Source: an uncultured Planctomycetota bacterium
GTDB lineage: Bacteria > Planctomycetota > Planctomycetia > Pirellulales > Lacipirellulaceae
Direction: 5' to 3'
Length of the DNA stretch: 64,000 bases
Assembly (NCBI GenBank): GCA_963719315.1
Contig: CAVRBU010000020.1
Coordinates: 32,001-96,000 of the forward strand
Shown one piece after another: positions 30,728-41,019 of the stretch. Within the stretch, counting starts at the first letter, position 1. Each line of letters opens with the position of its first letter. The translations under genes and the position numbers were made by a program. The notes beneath the pieces are model-generated. The model was not told the origin of the DNA. It saw only the letters and a program-made list of their open reading frames with translations, and searched no databases.

Positions 30728-32091
30728 TTATGCCGCTTCGCGTCGAAAGTACGGCCCCTGATTCTCTAGTACTTGTTCCAGTAGACCGACAGTGCGGGCG
30801 GTAGCGCCGAGATTGGATTGCACGAGCGTTTGAGCGCGACTGCCGAGTGCGGCGGCGTATGCCGGTTCTTCGAGACAACGGCGCACGAAGGATGCGAGCG
30901 CGGCAGCGTCGTTGACGACGACGGCGGCATCGGCTTTTTGAAGTGCGGCGACGATGTCGCGGAAGTTCCAGGTGTGGGGGCCGAAGGAGACGGCGGCGCC
31001 ATAGGCGGCCGGTTCGAGCATATTCTGTCCGCCGCGGCTGCCGAAGCTGCCGCCGACAAAGGCGATGTGTGCAGCGCCCACCAGGCGCCGAGCTCGCCGA
31101 CGGTGTCGACGAGAACGATGGGCCGGCGATGCGTAGCATCGCGGCTAGTCAGACTTCCATTCCCGCTTGGGGAGGGGTTAGGCGAAAGTTCGAGGTGCGA
31201 GCGGCGGAGCCATGGAATGTGGGAGGCGTCGAGTTGTTGCGCGACGACGTTGAATCGTTCGGGATGGCGGGGGACCAGGATTAGGCGCAGCCGCGGGTGC
31301 TGCGGCGCGAGACGGCGGAAGATGTCGATCGCGACTTGCTCTTCGGGCTCTTGCGTACTGCCGGCGAGGAAAACGATGTCGTCCTCCGCGATGCCGGCGA
31401 GCGCGCGGAACATTTGTGTACGCTGGTTGTGGCGATCGGTTTGAGCGCCGTCGTACTTAAGTGAGCCGGTGATATGGACGCGCTCGGCAGGCGCGCCGAG
31501 TGCGCGGAAACGGGCGGCGGATTCGTCAGTTTGGGCCGCGATCAGGTCGATTTGTCGTAGAATGCGGGCGACGAACGGGCGGACGCGGCGATAGCCAGGG
31601 AAGCTGTGGTCGCTAAGCCGGCCATTGACGATCGCGACGCGGGCGCCGTGCTCCCGGGCGGCCATGATGAGATTTGGCCAGAGCTCCAACTCGGCAAGAA
31701 CTAGCATCGTAGGCCGGATGCGGCGCATGGCGCTGCGAACGGCCCAACTGAAATCGAGTGGGCAGTAAAAGACTGTGAGGTCGGCGTACTTCTTGCGAGC
31801 CAGTTCATAACCGGTGCGGCTGGTCGTGGAGACGACGAATCGCCAAGCGGGGTGGGCCGCACGGAGCTCACGAAGCAGCGTTGGCAGCAGGTTCACTTCA
31901 CCGACACTGACGGCGTGAATCCAGATGCACGTGTCATCGCCTTCGCGCCGCGGCACGAGCCCCAGCAATTTCTCACGAAATCCTTCGCGATACTTGCCGG
32001 TGCGGAATGCCTGCCACACGATCAGCGGAGACGTGATCGTGATGACCGCCAGGTAGAGGACGTTTAGCAGCCAGGAGATGAGTCGCGTCAT
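30728..32091 (-). CDS. waaA: Kdo transferase, frameshift near 31080
   Basis: WIHAVSVGEV, ELELWPN, LVPRHPERF, then FVGGSF..GGQNMLEPA in the next frame. Confidence 0.9.
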
Positions 32092-32118
32092 GCGGGATTC
32101 CTTTCCCAGTTGCGCAGA

Positions 32119-32523
32119 TCAGTTCGAGCCAGTATCGCGGTTAAGGAAGTCGAGGTTCATTCTCGGTTGTGCGGGCGATTCAATGGTTGGCGCTGCTGGC
32201 GACATTTCAACTCTAATCGATTCGCCCCGCATAATCTCACTCTCACGAGCCCCGCCCATTATTGCCCGCTCAACGTCCCACGGCACGCCGACATTGGAGT
32301 TCTGCTCAGTGTGCTTGGCGGATTCGATCAACTTAAAAACGGGTTTATGCTCGGAGCTATCGTTTGACTTCGCTTCGCCAACAGTCACAACAGTAGGATT
32401 GTTTTGCAGTCGCTTATTAAGCGATTCAAGCGTTTTTTCGAGCGATCGAACGCGTAGCCAAAACATTGCAATGGTTGATAGCAGGACCACAGCGAATACC
32501 GAAATGGCTAGTTTCTTTTTCAT
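32119..32523 (-). CDS. Hypothetical protein with N-terminal TM/signal, lower GC
   Basis: MKKKLAISVFAVVLL; 134-aa ORF. Confidence 0.5.
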   Translation of the reverse strand: MKKKLAISVFAVVLLSTIAMFWLRVRSLEKTLESLNKRLQNNPTVVTVGEAKSNDSSEHKPVFKLIESAKHTEQNSNVGVPWDVERAIMGGARESEIMRGESIRVEMSPAAPTIESPAQPRMNLDFLNRDTGSN

Positions 32524-32537
32524 GCTGTGACCTTGCG

Positions 32538-32720
32538 TTACTTTGTCCAGGGCTCAATTTCTTTACGGACCTGTTCGTGACTAGTGGTACGGCCAGCGTC
32601 TGCATCCTCCAGTCCGCTAACAATCATTCTCGCGAATGATAATTCACTTAGCTTCGCATCGTCTGAGTCATCCGGTAATTGATCTGTACAGTCAACTGGA
32701 GACGACTTTGCCTTGTCGGT
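32538..32720 (-). pseudogene. Antitoxin-like gene remnant
   Basis: QLPDDS...ELSFARMIVSGLEDADAGRTTSHEQVRKEIEPW; no clear start, no toxin gene follows. Confidence 0.45.
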
Positions 32721-32794
32721 GTCGAGATTGTGTTTTTGTGTTGTGCCGGGTGAAGGATATTCGGCGTGGCCGCCGACGCTAATGTGCACTACGC

Positions 32795-35700
32795 TCATTT
32801 TCGCATGCAGCATTGTTTGTATTTTTTGCCGCTGCCGCAGGGGCAAGGATCGTTGCGGCCGACTCGGGGGCCCATGTTGCGAATTGGTTCCAGTTTCCTT
32901 TCGGCTTCGGTGCCGGCGATGGCGGCTTGTTGTTGCTGTTCGATCTCGCTGGCCGGTCGGGCGTCTTCCTTGATTGCCGCGCCTTCGACCCAGGTGCTGC
33001 CGACGAAGCTCTCGTCGAGTTGCTCCATCTTGAAGATCAAGTCGGTCACGTAATTTCCGATCGAGATCCAGAGCGTGTCGAAGAGGGCCATCCCTTCGCG
33101 CTTGTATTCGACCTTCGGATCGACTTGAGCATAACCGCGCAGGCCCACGCTAGACTTCAAGTGGTCCATCGCCAGCAGGTGTTCTTTCCACGCGCTATCG
33201 AGAATCTGCAGCAAGAGTGCCCGCTCCATCCGCCGCATTTCGGGGCGGAAATGGTCTTCGACGACCTGAGACACTTTTCGGCTGGCGGCGTCGCGATCGA
33301 GCCGGGCTAGTTCTTCGCGCGAAATTTCGGCGTTGCACGTCGTTTTGAGCCAGGTGGTGAGGTCATCGAGCTTGCCGTTCTGCCCGGTGACGGCACCGAG
33401 AGTCGCGGCCGCGCTAGGCTCATCGGCGAAGAGTTGCTCGACGCGCTGTTGCGCCTCGGCAGCTACCTGGTTGGCCTTCTCGTTGTTTTTTTGGCTGTGG
33501 ACGACGAGCAGTTTTTGAATTTCGTCGCGCTGTTTGTTCTTGAGATCGTCGAGGCTGAGTTCGGCGTCGAATCGCCGTTTGGCCCATTCGACTAGATCTT
33601 CGCGCAGGAAGCCCTGCCGCTGGCCACTGGCGCCGCGGGCGGTGAAGCGGTAGAGACCGGCGAGGACCGGATATTCGGACTCGCGCTGATCGTAGGCGGC
33701 GATCGCCCGCTGATGCGCGAGTTCGGTGAATTCGGCCGGTTCCAATTCGCGGGCTTGTTCCGGGGCAATTTCGACTCCGAATTTATCGCGCAACCAGGCG
33801 CAGGCCGTGCGAATTCCGTAATCGGGCTCCAAGTAGCGGGAGCACGCGGAGAGGTCGGTCCGTTGAAGGGCTTCGTGGGCCAGCTTGATCAACTCTTCAG
33901 AGAGGTGCTCGCGGCCGAACTTTTTGAGATCACGATCGCGGAGATTGAGGCCCCAACGGGTGTTGGCGGTGCTGGCCAGCGCGGCCCAATTCCACTCGCT
34001 TTGATCCTCTTCATCGGGAAGATTCTCTTCGATGGCATCCAGGACCTGCGACTCCGACATGCGACTGGCTTCATCGATCGCGAGCCGCTCGGCGTCTTTG
34101 TAATCGGAGTTGCGGTAGTCCTTGGCATCGAGCTGCACGTGGAGCAGGTTGCCGGCCGCGGCGGCGAAAGATTCGATGCCATACGCGGGGGCCAAATACC
34201 GGCTGAAGGCTTCCTCGACCTCGCGGCCGATCATTTCGGTAATCAGGTCGCGGCAATTGACGCCGTCCAGGATCCGCTGGCGGTAGCTGTAGATGCGCTT
34301 CCGCTGTTCGTCCATGACCTCGTCGTATTCGAGCAGATTCTTGCGAACTTCGAAGTTTCGTTCCTCGACTTTCTTCTGAGCGCCTTCGATGCGGCGGGAA
34401 ACCATGCGGCTTTCGATCGCTTCGCCTTCCTGCATGCCCATGCGGGTGAGCAGATTCTTGACCCATTCGCCGGCGAAGATCCGCATCAGGTCGTCTTCGA
34501 GGGAGAGGTAGAAGCGGCTGCTGCCGGGGTCGCCTTGTCGGCCGCAGCGACCGCGAAGCTGCAGGTCGATTCGGCGGGCTTCGTGCCGCTCGGTGCCGAT
34601 TATGTGCAGGCCGCCGAGTTCCTTCACTTCCTGCCCCTCGGCCTTCATGTTTTCGCGCTGCTCGATCTCGGTGACGAGCCGATGCCATTCTTCTTGCGGC
34701 ACATCGAGTCGGGTGGCGTACTTGTCTTGGAGTTGGGCCCAGGCCATCGTCTCGGCGTTGCCGCCGAGGATGATATCTGTCCCGCGGCCGGCCATGTTCG
34801 TGGCGATGGTGACGCCCGCTTTGCGGCCGGCTTGGGCGACGATCTCGGCCTCGCGCTTGTGATGCTTGGCATTGAGCACCTGGTGTTTGATGCCGCGCTT
34901 TTCGAGCAGGCTGGAGATCCGTTCGCTCTTTTCGATGGACACCGTGCCGACGAGCACCGGCCGGCCGCGGCGTTGGTGGTCGCGAACCTTGTTTATCGGG
35001 ATCGTTTGCGGTTGCTTGGAGTTTTGCGGCACGATGGTGATGGCGTCTTCGGTCTTCTTTTCGATCGTGCCGGCGACGAGCTCGCCATCGTCTTTGAGCA
35101 CCTGGTCCCAGCGGTTGAGGCGTTCGATTTCGTCGGCGATGGCGGCAAACTTTTCGGGTTCACTGCGATAGATGACATCCGGGTGGATCGTGCGCTGCAG
35201 AGGCTTATTGGTGGGCACGCCGATCACGTCGAGCTGGTAAATTTTCCAGAACTCGCCGGCTTCGGTGAGGGCCGTGCCCGTCATGCCGCAGATTTTGTTG
35301 TACAGTTTGAAAAAGTTTTGCAGCGTGATCGTAGCCAGCGTCTGCGATTCTTGCTTGATCGTGACGCCTTCCTTCGCCTCGACGGCCTGGTGCAAACCGT
35401 CGCTCCAATGGCGGCCCGGCATCAGGCGGCCCGTGAACTCATCCACGATGACGACCTCGCCGTCCTGCACGACATAATTCACGTCGCGCTTGTAGAGGTG
35501 ATGAGCCTTGAGCGAGTTGTCGATCAGGTGCGGCCACTGCATGTTGCCGGCCGTATAGAAGCTCTCGACGCCGGCCAGCCGTTCGGCCTCCCGAACGCCT
35601 TCGTCCGTGAGGTTCGCGGTATGCTCCTTTTCCTTGACCTCGAAATGAACTTCCTTTTTGAGCTGCTGGGCGACCTTGTCGGCCCGCGTGTATTTCGTGA

Positions 35701-36514
35701 CATCGTCCTCTGCCGGGCCGGCGATGATAAGCGGCGTGCGGGCTTCGTCGATGAGGATATTGTCGACTTCGTCGATGATGGCGAAGTTGAGCGGACCCTG
35801 AGATTGCTGCTGGTTCTTCGGGTAGCGCTCGTCGCCCCGGGCGGCGATTCGCATGTTGTCGCGGAGGTAGTCGAAGCCGAACTCGTTATTGGTTCCGTAG
35901 GTAATATCGCAGGCATAAGCCTTTTGGCGTTCATCGGACTCCATACCGCCTTGGATCGCACCGACCGTCAGGCCGAGGCCGGTGTAGAGCGGGGCCATCC
36001 ATTCCATGTCGCGGCGGGCCAGGTAATCGTTCACCGTGACGACGTGTACCGAGCCGCGCGGATTGCCCTCGGAATCCGTTGTAATGGGTTGCAAAGCGTT
36101 GAGGTACGCCGGCAGTGTGGCGACGAGCGTCTTGCCTTCGCCCGTCACCATCTCGGCGATGTTGCCTTCGTGCAGGATCATGCCGCCGAGCATCTGGACA
36201 TCGTAATGCCGCAGGCCGAGAAAGCGGCGGCCCCCCTCGCGGCAAACGGCGAAGGCTTCGTCCAGGATGTCGTCGAGGGTTTCGCCCGCCTCGAGTCGGC
36301 GACGGAAGTCGGTGGTTTGCGCACGGAGCTCCGCATCCGTCATCGCCTGGTACTTGGGCTCCAGCCCTGCGATCGCATCCACCTTGGGCTGTAGGCGCTT
36401 GAGAAACCGCGCGTTCGCCGAGCCGAACAGGCCGGTGATCGTCCGCTCGAACCGGCTCATGAAGGCGTTGCCGATTGCAGAGAGGATTTCCCAGATGCGT
36501 TCGAGAATTTCCAT
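32795..36514 (-). CDS. secA: Preprotein translocase SecA
   Basis: [56 protein letters not shown]. Confidence 0.98.
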   Translation of the reverse strand: MEILERIWEILSAIGNAFMSRFERTITGLFGSANARFLKRLQPKVDAIAGLEPKYQAMTDAELRAQTTDFRRRLEAGETLDDILDEAFAVCREGGRRFLGLRHYDVQMLGGMILHEGNIAEMVTGEGKTLVATLPAYLNALQPITTDSEGNPRGSVHVVTVNDYLARRDMEWMAPLYTGLGLTVGAIQGGMESDERQKAYACDITYGTNNEFGFDYLRDNMRIAARGDERYPKNQQQSQGPLNFAIIDEVDNILIDEARTPLIIAGPAEDDVTKYTRADKVAQQLKKEVHFEVKEKEHTANLTDEGVREAERLAGVESFYTAGNMQWPHLIDNSLKAHHLYKRDVNYVVQDGEVVIVDEFTGRLMPGRHWSDGLHQAVEAKEGVTIKQESQTLATITLQNFFKLYNKICGMTGTALTEAGEFWKIYQLDVIGVPTNKPLQRTIHPDVIYRSEPEKFAAIADEIERLNRWDQVLKDDGELVAGTIEKKTEDAITIVPQNSKQPQTIPINKVRDHQRRGRPVLVGTVSIEKSERISSLLEKRGIKHQVLNAKHHKREAEIVAQAGRKAGVTIATNMAGRGTDIILGGNAETMAWAQLQDKYATRLDVPQEEWHRLVTEIEQRENMKAEGQEVKELGGLHIIGTERHEARRIDLQLRGRCGRQGDPGSSRFYLSLEDDLMRIFAGEWVKNLLTRMGMQEGEAIESRMVSRRIEGAQKKVEERNFEVRKNLLEYDEVMDEQRKRIYSYRQRILDGVNCRDLITEMIGREVEEAFSRYLAPAYGIESFAAAAGNLLHVQLDAKDYRNSDYKDAERLAIDEASRMSESQVLDAIEENLPDEEDQSEWNWAALASTANTRWGLNLRDRDLKKFGREHLSEELIKLAHEALQRTDLSACSRYLEPDYGIRTACAWLRDKFGVEIAPEQARELEPAEFTELAHQRAIAAYDQRESEYPVLAGLYRFTARGASGQRQGFLREDLVEWAKRRFDAELSLDDLKNKQRDEIQKLLVVHSQKNNEKANQVAAEAQQRVEQLFADEPSAAATLGAVTGQNGKLDDLTTWLKTTCNAEISREELARLDRDAASRKVSQVVEDHFRPEMRRMERALLLQILDSAWKEHLLAMDHLKSSVGLRGYAQVDPKVEYKREGMALFDTLWISIGNYVTDLIFKMEQLDESFVGSTWVEGAAIKEDARPASEIEQQQQAAIAGTEAERKLEPIRNMGPRVGRNDPCPCGSGKKYKQCCMRK

Positions 36515-36838
36515 GTGTAATTGTAGGCAGGGATGCGCCGGCGGGATCGCAAATGCCGCGTGGGCAAGCGATGGGTGGCGGCAGGCGGACTGCCTGTCGA
36601 TTCAATAGAAAATCAAAAGCCAGGCGAACCGCCTGTCTCAACGGGGCCGGAATGCGCGTAACGTGGCTCCGGCAAAAAGTTTATAGCGATCGTGCCTTCC
36701 GGTCAAGCGGAGTTGAGGCGGATGCGGGCTGCGGCGTGACTGGGTAAACTCAGAAGATTGCAGATTTCGGATTTCGGGACGCGGACCGTGTGGGCCCGGC
36801 CAGGCCCGAAAGGGATACGGCGACGACTTCAATTCGGA

Positions 36839-37657
36839 ATGTATCTCGGCGTGTCCAAAGAGCTTTTGACGACCGACATCCGCGGCCAGATGGTTTTGCT
36901 AGGCACCGGGACCAGCGTCGGGGTGCCGATGATCGGCTGCGGGTGTGATGTCTGCACGAGCGACAATCCGCGGAATAAGCGCACCCGGTGCAGCGCGATC
37001 TTGGGGCTGCCGGGTGGGAATTTGCTGATCGATACGTCGCCCGATGTCCGCGAGCAACTTTTACGCGAGCGGATCGGCATCGTCCATTCGGTGCTTTATA
37101 CCCACGAGCACGCCGACCATGTGTTTGGTTTGGACGATTTACGAATGATGCAGTTTTACCTGGGCGGCCCAGTGCCGCTGTATTGCGAGCCGCGGGTGGA
37201 GGATCGAATTCGCAAGTCGTTCGACTATGCATTCGCGGTCGGAGCCCATTCACACCCCGGGGCCGTGCCGCAGTTGGCGTTTCACCGGATCGGCCTGGAA
37301 CCGTTCGAAGTGTTGGGCGCACGCATCGTGCCCGTGCGGATGAAGCACGGCAATCGATTTGATGTGCTCGGCTTTCGGCTCGGTATCGTGGCCTACTGCA
37401 CGGACGTCAATTTGATTCCGCCGGAAAGCCTGGAGAAGCTCACGGGCCTCGATGTGCTCGTGCTCGATGCGCTTCGGCCGCGCGGGCACGCGACGCACTT
37501 CAGCCTCGAAGAAGCGGTCGAAATCGCCAGACAATTGGCGCCGCGGCAAACGTATTTCACACACATGTCGCACGAACTGGAGCACGAGACGACGAACGCG
37601 GCGTTGCCGGCGGGCATGGCGTTGGCGTATGACGGGTTGCGAATCGCTTTAACGTAA
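36839..37657 (+). CDS. MBL-fold metallo-hydrolase (PhnP-like)
   Basis: LGTGTSVGVP.IGC.C.VC, THEHADH, THMSH; start uncertain. Confidence 0.9.
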   Translation: MYLGVSKELLTTDIRGQMVLLGTGTSVGVPMIGCGCDVCTSDNPRNKRTRCSAILGLPGGNLLIDTSPDVREQLLRERIGIVHSVLYTHEHADHVFGLDDLRMMQFYLGGPVPLYCEPRVEDRIRKSFDYAFAVGAHSHPGAVPQLAFHRIGLEPFEVLGARIVPVRMKHGNRFDVLGFRLGIVAYCTDVNLIPPESLEKLTGLDVLVLDALRPRGHATHFSLEEAVEIARQLAPRQTYFTHMSHELEHETTNAALPAGMALAYDGLRIALT

Positions 37658-37672
37658 AGCGTCGAAACCTGC

Positions 37673-37709
37673 TTGACGACCGTTGTTTGATGGCGTACAA
37701 TATGTACGC
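37673..37709 (+). promoter_or_regulatory. Promoter and operator palindrome of higBA-2
   Basis: TTGACG-17 bp-TACAAT; IR GCGTACA-N3-TGTACGC ends right before the ATG. Confidence 0.78.
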
Positions 37710-38021
37710 ATGAGGCGAGTCGTATCTCCTGCGCGTGTGAAGGAATATGCGGCGCGTTACCCGACCGCTAAACCATCTTTGATGCATTGGCTGCAGATGG
37801 TCCGCCGTTCCGAGTGGCAGAATCCAGCGCAATTGAAATTTTCGTTCAGCGGAGTCGATCCGGTGAGCGTTGAAAGCGGCCGAACGGTTTACGTTTTCAA
37901 CATCGAACGAAATCGGCACCGACTGATTGCTGCGGTCCACTTCAACACACAAACGGTCTATGTGCTCCGGATCATGACGCATGCGGAATACGATCAGGGA
38001 CGATGGAAGGAGGAGCTATGA
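37710..38021 (+). CDS. higB: HigB-like toxin
   Basis: VFNIERNRHRLIAAVHF, IMTHAEYD. Confidence 0.88.
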   Translation: MRRVVSPARVKEYAARYPTAKPSLMHWLQMVRRSEWQNPAQLKFSFSGVDPVSVESGRTVYVFNIERNRHRLIAAVHFNTQTVYVLRIMTHAEYDQGRWKEEL

Positions 38022-38455
38022 GCAAGGCGAAGAGAACCGAAAAACTTGGTTTGCGGCCTTTCAGCAAGATGCCGAAGACGTTTGAGGGCCTATGTCGCAT
38101 GTTGCCGCCGAGGCCGATTCGCGACGAGACAGATTACGATAATGCCATCGAAATGCTGGATTCATTGGTCGGCTTTGAACTCAACAAGGATCAACTTGAC
38201 TATCTCGAAGTGCTGACGACTCTCGTGGGCAACTATGAAGACGTCCACCACGCCATCGACACTTCGGACATCAGCGGGCTCGATTCGTTGAAGTACCTGC
38301 TTGAGCAGAATAATATGACGGCCTCGGACTTAGGCATGCTGTTGGGCAATCGATCGCTGGGATCGAAAATCCTCCGCGGAGAACGCGAACTGAGCAAAGC
38401 GCACTTACGGATATTGGCCGACCGGTTCAAAGTCGATGCCGGATTATTCCTATAA
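38018..38455 (+). CDS. higA: HigA-like HTH antitoxin
   Basis: PIRDETDYD, LTTLVGNYE, SKILRGERELSK; ATGA overlap with higB. Confidence 0.88.
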   Translation: MSKAKRTEKLGLRPFSKMPKTFEGLCRMLPPRPIRDETDYDNAIEMLDSLVGFELNKDQLDYLEVLTTLVGNYEDVHHAIDTSDISGLDSLKYLLEQNNMTASDLGMLLGNRSLGSKILRGERELSKAHLRILADRFKVDAGLFL

Positions 38456-38469
38456 CCAACGACCGCGCA

Positions 38470-38502
38470 AGAAAAGGCGCCGGAGTTGAATCTCCGGCGC
38501 CT
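38470..38502 (-). terminator. Intrinsic terminator between convergent higA and prc
   Basis: AGGCGCCGGAG-N6-CTCCGGCGCCT with a T tract on the minus strand. Confidence 0.7.
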
Positions 38503-38541
38503 CGTGCAATCGAATTCAAACTCGGCAATGGAGTTGCCAAA

Positions 38542-40653
38542 CTACTGCGGAATCACGGCCGCCTGGGGGGCGTTCGACCCCGGCCGGGCAACGGCTACTT
38601 TGTTGCCGCCCAACAATTCCAAGTAATCGACGACGATGTTCAGCGCTTCCTTGCCGTAGCCGTCCATTTCGTACACGGGCCGCTTCGGGTCGGTCATGTC
38701 ATCGAACATCTTCTCCTGCTCTTTGTCCGAATCCATTTCGGCCCGCTCCTTGAGGAATACCTCCTGGTTGAGCGTGACGGTCTTCTTGTCTTTTTGCTCG
38801 TCGTATCGGGCAATTTCTCGATTGGCCTTCGCGAAGTAATCCGATTCGGAAATGCGTTTTTGCGAGCGCTGCCTGAGCCCTTCCACGATTCCTGAATCGT
38901 GCATGTGGAAATCGTCGTGGGGCAGAGGATTGACGCGGCTGAACGCGAGTGCATAGTCCAGGTCCGACTCGCTGACTTTTTCCAAGTGCGTCGTGAGCGA
39001 CGGCAATTCGACATCCGCCACCACGCCGCGATTTTGCGTGCTGTCGCCGCCGGGCCGATAGAACTGCTGAATCGTAAGTTTCAGCGCGCCCATGTTCGGC
39101 ACGGCTTGGATACGGAACAAGGCATTGCCCAGATCGAACAACTGCTGCACCGTGCCTTTGCCGTGCGTGTTATGGTCGCCGATGACGATGCCCCGGTTAT
39201 AGTCCTGAATGGCGCCGGCGAAGATTTCGCTCGCGCTGGCGCTAAACTTATTGATCATCACGACGAGCGGACCTTCCCACACGAGACCCGGCTCGGGGTC
39301 TTTGTACGGCTGCGTGCGGCCGTCCGGGCCTTTGACCTGGACGACGGGGCCGTTGTCGATGAACAGGCCGGTCATGTTGACGGCTTCCGTCAACGAGCCG
39401 CCACCGTTCCAACGGAGGTCCACCACGACGGCATCCACGCCCTTTGTCTTAAACTCTTCGAGCAACCGGCGGACGTCACGGGTGGTGCTCTTGTAATCGG
39501 CGAGCCCGAGGCGGGCGCCGTCCATGTCCATGTAAAAGCTCGGTAGTTGAATCACTCCGATTTTGTACTTCGTGCCATCGGCCTTCGTGCCTTGCTCGAT
39601 GACCTCGCCGCGGGCTTCGCTATCTTTGAGTTCGATTCGATCGCGGGTGATGACGATCGTTTTGCGACCTGCGCCGTCTTTCGGCTCGATTTGCAGCCGC
39701 ACGACCGTGCCACGCTTGCCGCGGATTTTCTTCACGACTTCGTTGAGCTTCATGTCGACGATGTCCTCGATCGGACCGCTAACGCCTTCGCCCACACCGA
39801 CGATTTTATCTTCCGGCTTCAGTCCGCCGTTCTTATCGGCAGCGCCGCCGGGGATGACGTTTTGCACGACGGTGAATCCATCGACGCCGCGGAGCGATGC
39901 GCCGATACCGTCCAACTCGAGCTTCATCTGAATGTTGAAGTTATCGAGCGTCGAGGGGGCCATGTAGCTGCTATGCGGATCGAAGGCGCTCGTCATCGCG
40001 GTCAGGTATCGTTCGAGCAACTCGTCGTTGTCAGTTTGCTGCCAACTCTTACGGATGCTGTCGTAGCGCTTAGTGAGCTTCTTGATGGCCTCGTCCATGG
40101 GGACTTTGTCGGCCGTTTCCTTGAGCAGGTCGAACTTCACCCGCTTCCGCCAACGCTCGGCCGCTTCTTCTGGGGTCTTCGCGAACGTCATTGCGTCGGG
40201 CTCGCGGATCATTTCTTCTTCCAGGTTGAAATCCTGCGGCTTGCTGAGATCGGCCTCGGCCAGCGTGATCCGCTCATCGACGCGCGACAGGAAGCGCGAA
40301 AACACTTCGTACGCGAAGTTGATGTCGCCGTGCTTCATCGAGTCGTCGAGCTTATCCTTGCTGCGATTGAATTCGTCAATGTCGCTCTGATAGAAGAACA
40401 ATTTGAGTGGATCCAAATCCTTGATGAAGGTCTTGAGGCAGCGCTCGGAGATCGTGTCGTCCAGGCGATGTCCGGTGAGGTGCTGCTTTTCCATGAGCAT
40501 CGAGACAGCCAGCGTGATTTGGCGGTCGGCGGCGGTCGGCTGAGTCGGCCGTGCGAAAACGAAGCCTGGGCCGCTCGCGACGGCAATGCCGGCGACGAGC
40601 AGAGAGAGGCGGGGAATTACAGAAGTGAATCTGCGATGGTTCATGTGGGTCAT
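38542..40653 (-). CDS. prc: Carboxy-terminal processing protease (S41A, Tsp)
   Basis: DPHSSY, PDZ GIGA, DLRWNGGGSL, SASASEIFAGAIQDY, GKGTVQ. Confidence 0.92.
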   Translation of the reverse strand: MTHMNHRRFTSVIPRLSLLVAGIAVASGPGFVFARPTQPTAADRQITLAVSMLMEKQHLTGHRLDDTISERCLKTFIKDLDPLKLFFYQSDIDEFNRSKDKLDDSMKHGDINFAYEVFSRFLSRVDERITLAEADLSKPQDFNLEEEMIREPDAMTFAKTPEEAAERWRKRVKFDLLKETADKVPMDEAIKKLTKRYDSIRKSWQQTDNDELLERYLTAMTSAFDPHSSYMAPSTLDNFNIQMKLELDGIGASLRGVDGFTVVQNVIPGGAADKNGGLKPEDKIVGVGEGVSGPIEDIVDMKLNEVVKKIRGKRGTVVRLQIEPKDGAGRKTIVITRDRIELKDSEARGEVIEQGTKADGTKYKIGVIQLPSFYMDMDGARLGLADYKSTTRDVRRLLEEFKTKGVDAVVVDLRWNGGGSLTEAVNMTGLFIDNGPVVQVKGPDGRTQPYKDPEPGLVWEGPLVVMINKFSASASEIFAGAIQDYNRGIVIGDHNTHGKGTVQQLFDLGNALFRIQAVPNMGALKLTIQQFYRPGGDSTQNRGVVADVELPSLTTHLEKVSESDLDYALAFSRVNPLPHDDFHMHDSGIVEGLRQRSQKRISESDYFAKANREIARYDEQKDKKTVTLNQEVFLKERAEMDSDKEQEKMFDDMTDPKRPVYEMDGYGKEALNIVVDYLELLGGNKVAVARPGSNAPQAAVIPQ

Positions 40654-41019
40654 GTTTTGAAGTCCTTTGATTGCCCCCTGTGGCCGGGGCGAATGCTACA
40701 CGGATGAGTACCTAAAATTCGAGGCCAGTTGCGAGACGGGAAGGCAGCCATCCGGCCGGAACCCGCCCAATTGGCCTAAGTTAAGATCGCGTAACGACTT
40801 AACTATATCCTACCCCGCCATTGCAGTTGGGGCAAGCAGGGCGAAGTTTAGCGATTATCCGCATCTTCACCCGCCGTTTCAATCTACGGATGCTGCATGC
40901 TTGCGGTTCAGTCGGGGGCGCAAGGAGCAAAAACGGTGGGTCTCGCAGACTCGACCCACCCTACACATGCACCCCGCCGGGGCGAAGTCAGGCACCCGCT
41001 GTATTAGAACTTGCGAGGA

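Noticed and set aside
33713..36394. 893-aa plus-strand ORF
   Set aside because: Antisense shadow of secA, typical of high-GC codon bias. The same applies to ORFs opposite prc, ettA and eno.
36785..36822. CAGGCCCGAAAGGG resembling the SRP RNA helix-8 loop, upstream of secA
   Set aside because: The conserved AGCA after the stem is replaced by ATAC and no long closing helix is evident; an Rfam search would settle it.
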